Assembly: GCA_012295275.1 (NCBI GenBank)
Contig: CM022672.1
Coordinates: 22,444,001 to 22,508,000 of the forward strand
Direction: 5' to 3'
Length of the DNA: 64,000 nt
Source of the DNA: Chrysomallon squamiferum
Lineage: Eukaryota; Animalia; Mollusca
Each line of letters opens with the position of its first letter. Positions within the stretch are counted from its first letter, which is position 1. A model generated the notes under the pieces. That model made no database searches and was not told the origin of the DNA. It was given only the letters and a program-made list of their open reading frames with translations. Positions 32,289-45,657 of the stretch are shown here, in pieces. The translations under genes were made by a program, and so were the position numbers.

Positions 32289-35200
32289 CACTCTGTATTG
32301 CAGAATAGTGCCTACATCACTGAAGTTCACCATGTAAACAGCGAGGGTGAAGATGCTGGTGTTGTTTACTGTGAAATGCAGGCTCGTGAGAACACTGGTG
32401 AAAGTCTGTGTCACCTCAACATGCTGCGAGCAATGTACCCGGGCACCTGTGGATACAAGTCAGAGACTGGGGGAATAATGGCTAATTTGCGAGGCAGTAC
32501 ATCGCATGAAAAGGTTTAAAAAAAAACCCCAGATATATAAAATACTTTTTTTTAACAAGTAGATGGTACTTTACATGGTAAAGTTTAGATGAATATAAAA
32601 TTTGGATCATTTTGAATTTAAAAGATGGTTTGTTGGACAAGATAAATACTTTTTAATAATAAAAAAAACTTAGTTTTTAATTTTAATTTTAATAGTAATA
32701 CCAAAAAATGTTTTAAGTTCTCTACAATAATCTAATATGCTGTGTTTGTATTGCTAATATTTTTAATTCAAATGAATAAAAAATATTTTGTTCTAAATGA
32801 ACATACGTAGATATATGTATAGTCAGTGTTTATATTTTATAAGCAATTGATAAATAATTATACCATGCTGATGTAATGGTGATTTATCTTTATGTTTATT
32901 ATTCAGTAAAAGCATGCTCTTATTACAGTAACAAAGTTTTTCATCCTTAGTTAAATGTTACTAAATGCACATCTCCTTATAATTCGAAAAAAAAAAGAAG
33001 GTCAGTTATTTTATTACAGGTTTGTAAGTACCATCATGACTTCTACCGTCCAGACAATCTGTGTCTAGTGATCACAGGTCAGGTGAAGCCAGAGGAAGTG
33101 TTTGAAGCTCTGGAACCAGTGGAAGAAATGATCAGATCAAAGGTAAAACAAACTATATTTATCTTACTCAGAATAATTTTAAATTATATTTTGAATTTTA
33201 AAAAATGTCATTTTTTTTTTTATATCTCATTTCTTGGCCTAGTTGCTGTATATTTTCTGATGAGTTGTTATTAAGTACAGCTTCTGTATGGGCACTTGTT
33301 GGTCTGAAATTACACCGATAAAACAGCTGATGGTAACAGGTTAGACCATGTACTGCAAGTTTATTATATACACATGCAGGGATATCTTGAACAGTCACCA
33401 AGTCGATTTTTTTCTTTGACTTGCAAACCAAAATCTGAGTTTTGAATGACCTTCAGATAAGCTGCCGCTAGTTGGCATAACAAACAACACAACATCCACC
33501 CAGCATCCCATGTCTCTACATTTGCCTCATGTGGTTAACTCACTGTGGAAGCATTTCTTGTGTTGTGCTTGTGTTTTGTGCAGTATTTTGCCAAATATCC
33601 AAGGATTCTAAGGATGTGAGTGCAAAGGACTGCTAGAAAAGAAGAAGCATATGGTGTCCATTGAATTAAAGCATGAAGTCATAGAAAAACATGAGCAAGG
33701 TGTGCTTGTAGTCAATATGGCTAGCAGTATGAGCGTAATACTTTTATGATATATACCACACTGAAGCATAAGGAGTCAATAAAGGCTATAACTCCAGCCA
33801 AAGGCATTAAAATAAGTTCTAAGCTGCAGACCTCTGCCCATGAAAAGATGGAGAAACCCTAACCCTGTACACTTTACAAAACCAATTTATTTCTTTACAT
33901 ACTCTTTTATTTTGTTTTTACACAATATTTTTCATTTATACATACATTTTTCTTATTTAAAAACATGTTTTTGGGGGTCTGGAACAGATTAAAGGTATTT
34001 CAATTAATTTCATTTGGGAAAATTGATTTGATATACAAGCAAATTGAGTTACGATCTTGGTCACGGAACGAATTAAAATCATAAGTCAAGGTACCACTAT
34101 ATTTACAATTTTAAGTAATTATGATAATTAAAAAAAAATGTATCTGGAAGGAAATCTGTAACAGATAATTAGGTACTTTTGATGGTCTTGATTCCCATTC
34201 TTTACTTGATATAATTACAATCGATTTCATTAAAAGCATGATTAATTTATTTTATTTGGGATTAAGACTCCAAATATCAGCCTTGTAAAGGAATATTTGT
34301 ACTCAAGAAAAGGTAATTTTTTTCTGATTTTCTTTGAAGTCAAAATATAATTTCTTATATGCTTTCATTTTTCATGCACCACTATTTGTCACCCAGTCAG
34401 TATTTATATACTGTGACAAGTATGAAGTAAATGTGTAAAATTTTTTTTTCAATTTTTAAGGGTGAGCTTCCCCCTTTTACTCGTCCATGGCAGCTTGAGG
34501 TGCCCCCTCTTGAAAAGAGTGTGGAACAGGCAATTGCCTATCCATCTGATGAAGAGAAGTATGGCATGGTCTACATGGCCTGGAGAGGACCAAAAGCTAA
34601 GGTGAAAACTGTACAGAATTATTTTGTATTTTCATTGTAATAAAATATTTCTTTATTTTCAAAATGGACAATGCTTTTAATTTGAAGCAATGCATATTTA
34701 TTCAATAACTATTTAGACACTATATTATAATTGTTTCTCAGACAGAGATACTTCACTGAGTAATTCCTTTATACAGCACTTTCCTAAAAACAGCAGTGCA
34801 TATATCAGTAAACCATGGTCTCTGATAAATAGACAGCATGTTTGTATATTAAATTTCCGTTTACAAACAGTGGTTGTATTTATGGTTGTATTATTCTATT
34901 AAAATGTATTATTAAATTATAATGTTGAGAACAAAACACCAGCAGGTATTCGTATATGGTAACAAAAACTTTCTTGTTGTATACAGGAGCAGTATAGGTT
35001 GCTGAGTGTAGGAGTTCTGATGCAGTACCTGTCAGATTCTGCCATCTCACCATTACAGAGAGAGTTAGTGGAGATAGCTGACCCATACTGTAGCAAGGTA
35101 CCCTAATAATTCTTTAAATCTTTAAAAAAAGTTAATAACCATTCTATAATAACTAGTTAAGACACTGTTAATCTTTTATTATTATTTTAATTTATTATTA

Positions 35201-38200
35201 TTATATTTTTCTCTCTCTCTTTGACCCACTGATTAAAAAAAAAGTTAGAAAAAATGATGATTGCTCATAAGAAGGTCACCTTTACAATTTAATAACCATT
35301 TAAGACATTTGTTTTGCTTCACTGCACTGGTTTAAATTCTAATAAACATTTAGCTCTAAAGTTTATCATTGTTTTTATTAATTTCAGATTCGAGACTCGG
35401 TGATAGAAAACTCAGAAAGTTGTATCTATTTCCAGTTCCAAAATGTGCCTTTTGACAAACTGAGGATGATTCATCCTAAGTAAGAACTTTGTGAATTTTT
35501 TGATATTTTGATTGACCATTGCAGTGTGTCTTCTCCTTTTTTGTTAATTTTAATTACTAAACATACAGGTTTCTTAAAGGAATTTATTCAGATGTTTAGT
35601 TATTGGATTCACTTATGCAAATTCTTGTAATTTATGTTTTTTCTCTTTCTGAATAGTTTGTGTTGTTGTTTAAATCTTCTTATTATTTCATCATTGGTTA
35701 TGACATCATTATAGATGGCAAAAAGAACTAAAAAGAAAATCTGCTAAATAAATGAATTTAAAAACAAATGATTCTGTGGTGTATTGGAACACTGCTAAAT
35801 CTTTGTGTTTGTTTTCAGGTCCAGACAAATTTATTCATATTCACTTGACAGCAAATAGTCTTAATAAACTGTGTTTAATAATTTAAGATTTTAATATGTT
35901 TGTGCTGCAAACCTGTTTTTCAGAGTATCTGACTGTCTTTTTAACTTGGCTACTGGGAAGGAAGCCTTTGATATGGAGAGAATGAACAATCTGATTCACC
36001 GCAGCTTGCTAGAAACACTGAACAGTGTAATGAACTTTTTTAAAACTTAAATACAATTTATAGTGACTTGTAAAATTGCATTTTATTGTAATTTAGTATT
36101 CATCTTGTTGTTTGGTTTATTTTATTTCTTTTAAATAAAACTGGAACAAAATGATTAATTTTACAATTGTAATTTTTAACTGAAACTATAAAAGGTTTTA
36201 GATTTTTCATTTCTGGAAATTTTATTTTATTTTATTTTTTATTTTTTTATTTTTTATTTTTTATTTTTTAAAATTGTGATTATTACTTTTTCCATAGTTT
36301 TTTAATATTACTTTTTGTAGTGCTCATCTATGTGTTGATTTTTATCTTCTTATACTAACTTGTAGGTGGAAGATTCCCCACATGATGCCATGGCTTTCAT
36401 TCTTCTTAGTGATTTTCTATATGGAGACACCAGGGATGATGTGAGCCATCAATAATTTATATTGATCTTTTTATTTATTTATTTATTTATTATTTATTAT
36501 ATAAAACATCACTGATAAAATATAATAAAAAAAAAAAAAAAAATAATAATATCAAGACAGCACTGCTGTGGAATGAAAATAGCTAGTGTTAGGTTTGAGG
36601 TTGGAGATATGGTTAGATTAGAATGTTTGACATCAATTGTTGTTGCAGTAGATCTGTTGAGGTATTGTTGTTGTAGAGCTTGTCATCAACATACTATTTT
36701 GATTTTATTAAAACAACTCATTGTTATCATACATCTAATTTTTATTTTTAAAGTTAAGCATATCAGTTTAAGCACATGATTTACTAAACTATATCTTTTT
36801 CAAAGTTTTTTTTAATGTATAAATTTTTCTATACATATGTCTAACATAGAACATGTTTAAAAAAAACACTGCATGGATATCTGCAGCTATCACACTAGAC
36901 ATATATCAGAAGCAGATTAAGTAATATTTTATTTTTATTATTAATTTAATATGGAGTAGAACGGGATAACATGTTGGGATTTTCTTTTTTGTTGTTGTTC
37001 TTTATCGTGCATGTTTGAACAGATACAAATAAAAAAAAAAAAGTGTTCACCAGTACTTCTTTAATTAATTTTTTTCTTCCTTCAGCTGGAAGTAAGAGTC
37101 AATTCCATTGCTAACTACAAGAAAATGAAAAATGAGACAGAGACATACTGGCAAGAAATTCTTAAACATTACTTTGTGGACAAGCCTGTGGTTGTGGTAT
37201 GTTCATTAATTAAGCAATTTTTGAAAAGATGAAGTACTTTGTGTAGAATACTATGACTTGTTTGAATGTTGTTTTCTATTTTAAGTTTTATTATGTTCAA
37301 ATATGTGTGTTTTTTATATTTCAACATGTATTTATTCTAGCAAACATTTTATTTTATTTTATTACATCCATTCTCTCACTTGCACACATTTTCTCTCCCA
37401 TCCCCCATTTCTTCATTCTCACCCCATAAAGATATGTTCAAAGATAAACTCTATGGTAATGCTGTTTACTCCAAGCAATATTGGTCTAACTTAAAACATT
37501 CAACTAATGATTTTTTTAATGTGTCATACAAGTCATGACAACACTAGTAATTTTTAGTCTTTAATTTTTTTATTATTATTTTGTTGTTTTTTTGCAGATG
37601 ATTGGTGAGCCTAGCAAAGAGCTGATGGAGTCATTGGCTAAAGCAGAAAAAGACAGAATTGCTTTACAGTGCAAGTTTCTGGGAGAAGCCGGGCTAAAAC
37701 AGAAGGCAGAAGCTTTAGAGAAAGCCATAGAGGAAAACGAGGTAGTTAGTGTGGGAGAGATTTAACCCTGTTGTCTTTAATATTAGATAATATTTTTATT
37801 AACAATGAAATATGTTGTCATAGTAAAAGAAAATTATTGTTTTTAATTTAATTTGGGTTTTTTCTCAGACTCTTTAATTTTTAATCATAGGCTAAAACAG
37901 TTATATTAAAAGTTATTTTAAAAAAAACCCATATGTATTGGTTTTTCTCCTTTTAATGTTAATTTAACAAGGTTTAAATTAAAAGAATTGGTAGAAATCT
38001 TTATATGTGTATATGCATTTGCATACATACTGTGAATTTTCTGATAGAAAAACCCAAACAAAAAAGTAATTCAATAAATTAAAGTAGTATTGTCATGTCT
38101 TGTTTTACACAGTTAGAGCCACCTGAAGATCTCATAAAGGGAATTACTGTACCTGATGTTTCCAGAATTAGCTTTCATCCCATTAAACCAGCAGCTAACT

Positions 38201-41200
38201 TCAACAGTGCAACAGCTGCATCCAATGAGAAGTTCTGCTTGACTGACATTCCATTTAAATTTGAGCTTGATGATGTACACACAAATTTTGTGAAGGTGAG
38301 AATAGCTTATGTAAATTATCTTAAAACAAGATTTTATAATAGAGTAATGTATCTATTACATCCAGTAGTTGGTGCACCTGATATGTGTTGCCCAGTAAGT
38401 TAACCTTTTTTCTGTTTGTTTTTTCTTCTCTGTATTGAAATTAATTCAGCTTGAAAGATGATTACATCCGTATTTTTTTTTTTTTTTTAAATTCAGTCCT
38501 GCTTCCATTTTTTTAAATTTTAGTTCTAAAATGCTAAAATAAGAAATATTGGAAATTAAAATTTATTTCAGTGTTAAATTTTTTTTATTTATCTTCGGGA
38601 AACAAAGTTTAAGATCATTAATTTATAAAAACCCTGATAAGATGAAAGTTGAGGCATTATGATAAATAATTTTCTAAAAAACATTCTCTCACATTCCAAA
38701 TGAAATTTTGATAGCAGGATCTTATTGTAAAGAAAGAGAATATATTATTTACATGATCGGATGTGCATCACATTGAAACTGTTGTTGTTATTCTTTTTAA
38801 TGCATCACTACTTTAGATATCTGAAATCAAAACATATTATGTTAATACTAACTTATTCTTGTTTTTTAAATTTAAATGATTTTTGTTTTCAGATATTTGC
38901 ATTGTTGGACTCATCGTCCATTTCACGTCAGCTCAGATATTATCTTCCACTATTTTGTGAACTTATTTTGGAAAGTCCTGTACTTAGAGATGGAGGTTGG
39001 TTATGTGTTTAACAACAGAACATATTTCATTTGTTGTTTTTGTCTTGTTCTCCTGACAGTATTACAGGTCTAGCCCTTCAAAGATACTGTGTATTTTCCG
39101 GTCTGTGGGAAGGCGATTACAAAAGATCTCTTGTTAAAAGAAAAGGAATAATTCATTCCTTGGAAGCAGCAAATTTTATCTCTCAGTTTTCTCTGTGGTC
39201 CTTAATTATATGAATAATAGCATGTAAATATGGATTAAAAAATGTTGACTGGTTAACAAACTTAAATGTTTTTAAAATTCTTTCTCTTTTATATATAATA
39301 CAATTCATCCTTTTATAATACTTCATCCATATGCAAAGAATACTTCTTTCCATTCAGTATGTATCCACAATTAAGTCTTATTACTTACAAGCTTGTTTTT
39401 CTTTATATAGCATTGCCTCTAGTACATCATGATATAGGTGATATATATTAACTTTAGATTCTAAATGAATAAATGAATGTTTAACAACATGAAATCCAGG
39501 TTAGCTATTGGGTGTCAGTCAGGTATGAAAATTATTTGTATAAAATTCAAATAGTAAAATAATACAAACAAATTTTTAAATTTATAAAACAGTAAAAATC
39601 TATGCCACGTCAGATTCTTACCCTTTGTCTTTTCTCTTATTTAAAAAAAAAAAAATTGTATTTATTTATTTTTTTACTTAATTTATTTTTAAAATTATTT
39701 TGTATTTTAATTTTTTACATTTTTTTGGTTAAATTTGTCAATTTTTAATGTATATATAATTTTTATTATTCCTTTTTTGCAGTGATTGTACCCCATGAAA
39801 AAGTGATATCGCAGCTGGAAGCCGACACACTGTCCATACATTGTGCAGTTGGAATTAACGGCAACAAGTTTTCCTGTGGACAGTTTCCTCACTTTGTTAT
39901 CATGTCTGTCAAAGTAGGTTAATTAAAATTTCATATGGCCGCCCATATTAAATATCTTTTAATAAAAATAATGGTGTTTGAATTAATATTTATTTATAGG
40001 CATGTTATATTATCATAAATAACAGTATATTTTCACAAAATTACCAGAAAATCATTTTGACCACCAAGATAAATGTGTGAGCAAGGTTGAAACATAAACA
40101 ATAATAGCACAGCATTTTTAGGCATCACTGACTGCAAGAAATCCATCAGTTGTATTAAAAAATTTACATATTTGATATACAATTAAAATGTGTTAATGTT
40201 TGTTACAGCTACATTATTAACAGTAAAACTCTCTGAATTAGGAACTTTTATAGTACATTAATGAATATTTCATTTATGCACATAAATATGTAAACCAACA
40301 TATGTTGAGAAACATATACATACATACACAAACACACATAGACACACATATTAATAAAGTTAAAATGTATATGTATTTTGACATCTGTTTCACTTCTATT
40401 AAATTTGACTAAAAAACACAACTATTTCTATTAATTATTAGGACCAAATTGCTATATTTTTGAAAATATAATAAAACTATAAAAAGTTTATACGAGTAAA
40501 ACATGTGAATTAATGTTTGTTACGGTCAATCTACTGTATACAAGATAAAAATGTTTATATAATCAAGTTGTTGTTTACAAGGTAGAGGAGGAGAAGTATT
40601 CGACTGGTGTCAGCTGGCTCAAAGAACTGATTTTCAATACACAGTTCACTGCAGAGAGAATCAAAATCATCACAAATAGAATGACCAATGACATCGCTGC
40701 TTTCAAACGCAATGGGCAGATGGTTACCAGGACAGTTATGAGAGATGTAGTATTTTCCAAAGGTTACTGTTTATTTTGTTTTTTTCTTTTTTTCTTTGAT
40801 GCTGTAAGTATCTAGTGTGAATATATTTTTGTTATTGTATTTGTTCAGAAATTTAACCTACGCTAATAATGAAGTTTGTCCATGTTTTTGTAATTTATGT
40901 TTCTTACGTATAAAATATCATCATATTAAAAAATAAAAATATTTGTAACTTGGGTTACGCACTATTCATTAAACTACTTTTAAAAACAGAAAAAATTTAT
41001 ACCCACACTTACAGTTTTATCATTATAAAGATTAAAAGTAAAATTTAAATGAATATTTTTTGTTGTACAGACAGTAACCATTGTGTGGTTAGCATGCTCC
41101 GCCAACACAAGTTTCTCACTGATCTCACAAACAGGCTGGAAAATGAGCCAGGCAAAGTAAGTCACACATTTTGCATTCAATCTTAAATCTTAGAAATAAA

Positions 41201-42699
41201 ACAGCAGATCCATATGAAGGACCTAGCACGAATTTGGTCTAATCCACAGCAGACAAATTTTGTGAAATTTAATGTTTGAGTTATTACATTATGCAGCAAA
41301 ATTAAAAGTAATACTAAAATATTTTTCACTTCTACTGTTTATTTTGGTTGACTTTGGTTAGACCATACAGACCCTAATAGATCTTATCAACTTCAGTCAT
41401 TACTACCTGGTCCAAATGTCATTATCTATTTCTTTGGTATTAGATTACTTTTCTTTCTTACTTCTTATGTATTATTTTTATTATCTTGTTATTAAATTAA
41501 TTTAATGCTGGATTTTAATTTATAAAAAATCAGCCAAAAAAATTATAAAAAAATTCTGTTTTTATTTTTAAAATAAGGTTATTGAAGAACTCGAATCACT
41601 ACGCAGGATGCTGTCCTCTGACGACAACATCAGGATCCACATGTCTGCCAATGTACACACGCTGTCTGAACACACTCAGCCGGAGTTGCCATGGAAACAG
41701 TTCACACAGTCTGGTGCTGGTGATTATAAGCAAAGGTAAAATACACCCCCTTTTGACTCATATAGCAACTCCATGCCAAATGAATTTACTTACAGAAAGA
41801 TTGTTGCATAAATGTCTGCCTGAAGACACAAGACATAAATTATTTTACTTCAGTTTTGATCATATAATTGTTTAATCAGAAGCCCAGGGACCCTGTGGAC
41901 CACCTTTTTAAGGATCCATCTGGTTCAGCTAAGTACCAAAAATTCAGTCAGATCAAATTATAAACAAGTTACACATTTGTTCATCATCTGAATGCTTTTA
42001 CAGATTAATCAGTTGACATGTATGTTTTTTTATTTTTTTTATATATATATATATATATATTTTTTTATAGTGCATTATAATGGTTAAATTGATGCAAAAC
42101 ATTCTTGTGGGAGATTTTTACACAGATGACAGTTTTTCACTGTGTGTACAGTGTGAACTTAGAAGCATCATTTGAACTCCAGATCAAATTTCTCTGATAT
42201 ATTTAAATTAAAACAAAGGAATATTTGACATTAAAATAATCTGAGTATGAAGCATCACAGTTTCTGTGTGTGTATGTTTATATATATCTATGATATATTT
42301 TATCCTTTTCTTAATTCTTCTTTTCATTTCATTGTTTTCCAAACTGTACAGTTTGCCAAGCAAGAAGACCTGTGACGATGTCTTGTCGTACACAGACAGT
42401 TTCTACAAGTGTGCCATTGTTGGTGTGGGCTCTGTCGAGTCATCCTACTTCATCCAGGTTGTGCCCTGCATTTCTGACTACCTCCACCCTGACCTGGCTG
42501 CAGTGATGGTGTTCATCCAGTACCTCACTCAGCTGGAGGGTCCCATGTGGAGACAGATCAGAGGCCTGGGACTCTCGTATCACTACAGGTGAGTAGCCCA
42601 GAAAGTGACTAAATTTAATGATTGATATTTAAAATACAAGCCAGTGATGATGACCAGGTGATTGCAGGTTTCATTTACAACAGCTTTTTACTTCTGTAT

Positions 42700-42731
<32 letters not shown>

Positions 42732-45657
42732 ACAGAGAGATTGAAAAAGATAGATGTAGATATAGATGTACATAAATATATGGATAAATAGATGGATATA
42801 TATTAAATGGTGCTTCATATTAATAACAGATGGGTAAAATATTAGAAAATTTTGCAGTGTGTTACAAAATACAAAAGGTTTTAGATAGATATATAATAAG
42901 CTGTGTTTCATATTAGTAAATTGATGTATAAAAATATTAGAGAATTTTACAAACCCTTACAAAATAAAAATAGTTTAAAATTTAATATTGAAACATTTAA
43001 AGACACAAAACCATATCAGCCCAGATTCTTATAACAAAAGTTTAATTGCTATTGCATCACAATTGATAGTCAAACAGACAGTTCTAGGTTTTATTCAAAT
43101 TATAGAAACAAAATTTCATTTCTTGCTAATCTTGACATTTTTGTGCTTTAAAGTTAATACTTTGAAGTCCAGTTTCACTAGCATGTAATATGTAATATTT
43201 CTAGTAAAGTCATGTTAGGAATTTAACTTAGATATTTCAGGCTAGATGAGCACTGGAAATAGTAAAATAAAGTGTGAGATCATTCTTAGATATCTTTTAT
43301 ATTTTATTACTGCCTTATATACTGAAATAAAAACTTTCTTTTCTTTTTTAATGGCAGTATGTATGTGAAACCAGAGACAGGCTTGTTGTATTTCGTGCTA
43401 GCAAGATCCACTCATGTTGTTGAGGCTTACAAAGAAGGAAGAAATATTGTGGTGAGATAAAATAGAAGACAACAACAATTTAAGATAAATAATAAATGAT
43501 AATAGGATAATTTAAAAGACTGACTCACATTAATTTTATATTTATATGCATACAGGCAAGTTTGCAAGCATGAATGGGACAAACATGCACTCTAAACACA
43601 CATAATTACTTCCCTCAAAGAAAAAACACTCACACAGACACACACAAACTTTTTCTGATTTTAATCGGAAACCAGTGTAACAAGATGCAAAAGCAACACA
43701 AACTGCTCACCCAGTAATATACAAATTAAGATATGACAGTTATATTAGATTTTTAATTGCTCTTGCTGAAGACTATTCTCCATTTGCATACATTTTTCTT
43801 TATTTTTTTAGTAATAATTAAAAGAGCAGTTTTATACTTTTTATTTCAGATGTGCTATGTTAATGGCTATTGCAGAAGACTATTCTCCATTTACATACAG
43901 ATATTATTATTATTATTATTATTTTTTTTTTTTAATAGTAATAAAAACAGCAATTATTTCCTGTTTTTATTTTAGATGAGCTATGTTAATGGAGTAGCTG
44001 AGTTTACTGAAATGGAGTTGGAGTCAGCTCGTAGCAGTCTGATTTTTGAAATTATTGAAGAAGAGAAAACTGTGTCTGATGTCTGCCTGGAATCACTGCT
44101 GTCTTACCTGAGAGGTGTCGATCACAAATACAACAAGTGAGTTTTGTTAACGTTGTATGTGTACCTTCACAAATGTATATAAAAACCCACATATACATTT
44201 AGTGATATATAAAAAAAAACAAAAGAAAAGCAAGCACACATTTAGTCATTTTTTAAATGTTTTATACATTATGATTGAAGAATAAATACTCTAGGTTTTC
44301 CTGTCTGTTGGAAGGTGTAAATAAGAGATCACTTGCTATTAAATGCTACAGATTTTACAACCAAGATCATAACATATTTGACATGGCAAACTGATATTTT
44401 CATTTCATTTATTTTTATTATTATATTTTATTATTGTTGTTGTTGTTGTTATTTTTTATTTGCAACAAGACTAGAAGAAACTTTTTGCAAATCACTTCAT
44501 GTTATAATGTGATAATGTTATGGCTAAGAAATTGATGGCGTCAGCTTATTTTAGGCTTTAAATTTTATTGTTTTATTTGGTTGTTAATTAGGACTGGATA
44601 GCAGAAAATACACCAAACATAACTTGGAAGTGTACAAAATAATTTTTTAACAATTTTTCTTCAATATCACCAGAGGTACCCTGTAAGCATGGGTTTGACA
44701 GCTAATTTCTATTATTAACATCTTGAATTATTTCATTCATTCTGTTACAGAACTCTGCTTTCTGAAGTGTCCAAGGTGACCCTGAATGACCTCAAAAGAG
44801 TTGGATCTCAGTACATTATGCACCTGTTTGATGTGAACCTGCTCCGATGTGCTGCTGTTGTGAATCCATCCAAAGTGGACGAAGTTATCAGTGAATTCAA
44901 AGAGTAAGTAGACTGAGAGCATTAACCATCCAGTGATTTTAAAATTATGACAAACATTCAGGGTAAAAGAAACTCAGTAACTGGGGGTTTTAGACTAACT
45001 ATGCTATAACCTTACCACCTAATAAGAACTGGTCAACACAGGCTGGGTGTGTAGATACTAGAGAATGAGATAAACAGGGTATGGAGTATGTGTACTTTTT
45101 GGATGGACTCGAAAACTGGGATTTGTAATACAAAGACCTAAAATCTTTTGTAAATTCATATTATATGTATCAGGTTAAATCATCGACTACATTTTAATAG
45201 GCCACCTCTTGGATGAAACCAGCATTGAGTAACAGATTTTTAAATATTTTATTTCAGGTTAAATCTACAGCTAAGTTTTAATCTATCTGTGATTAACAGG
45301 CCTTCACTTATTTCAAAATATAAACTAACAAAAACAACATATTAATAATATTGCATTTACTATTCAATATCTCATTACTGTGTGAATTCAGAATTTAATT
45401 AAATATTTTAAATTTTATTTCAGGTTAAATCTTTGACTAAGTTTTAATCTAACTCTGAATAACAGGTCTATTGTGATTCAATTTTTTTTTTAAAAATCCA
45501 ATTATATTAATAATATTGCTGTTTGTATTCTTGTATTCTGCATTACATTGTTATGAATCCATCATTAAGTAAATGATTTAAAAAAATGTATTTCAGGTTA
45601 AATGTTCGACTAAGTGTTATACCAACACTGGATAGTGGACCTCTCTGTGAACTGTGA
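30819..45657 (+). CDS. M16 (insulinase-family) zinc metallopeptidase, C. elegans C05D11.1 / yeast SDD3-like, ~1000 aa, 23 coding exons
   Basis: Exons start at 30819, 31342, 31825, 32304, 33020, 34461, 34987, 35388, 35924, 36366, 37086, 37598, 38113, 38893, 39783, 40582, 41071, 41578, 42353, 43358, 43976, 44751, 45597, with a continuous frame. Motifs: [17 protein letters not shown] (HxxEH), [58 protein letters not shown]. Stop TGA at 45655-45657. Confidence 0.92.
32118..32282. repeat. Compound (TACA)n-(TG)n-(TA)n microsatellite
   Basis: About 24 TACA units followed by TG and about 20 TA units; source of several spurious ORFs in the track. Confidence 0.95.
33385..34099 (+). mobile_element. Internally deleted Tigger/pogo-family DNA transposon remnant in M16 intron 5
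   Basis: 33639-33857 translates, with one frameshift, to [72 protein letters not shown], a CENP-B-type HTH transposase N-terminus. The right end ATAAGTCAAGGTACCACTA-TA matches a Tigger-type TIR plus TA target. The left TIR is not found. Confidence 0.8.
39085..39260 (+). mobile_element. Degenerate SINE remnant (MetaSINE-like central domain and tail)
   Basis: GTCTGTGGGAAGGCGATTACAAAAGATCTCTTG...CTCTCAG...TGTGGTCCTTAATTATATG resembles the GTCTGTGGGATGGTGCATATAAAAGATCCCTTG core I recall from mollusc SINEs; not verified by search. Confidence 0.45.
43750..43995 (+). repeat. Tandem duplication (~126 bp) copying a splice acceptor plus the first bases of M16 exon 21
   Basis: TTTCAG|ATGTGCTATGTTAATGG at 43850 versus TTTTAG|ATGAGCTATGTTAATGG at 43976; both units carry GAAGACTATTCTCCATTT. 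Confidence 0.8.
45160..45657 (+). repeat. Four diverged tandem copies of the M16 terminal-exon acceptor and exon start
   Basis: TCAG|GTTAAAT..CTA recurs with exon starts at 45174, 45258, 45424 and 45597. Confidence 0.8.

Noticed and set aside
39605-39612. UPRE-like CCACGTCA in an M16 intron near ATF6
   Set aside because: Single short motif 9 kb from the promoter; compatible with chance.
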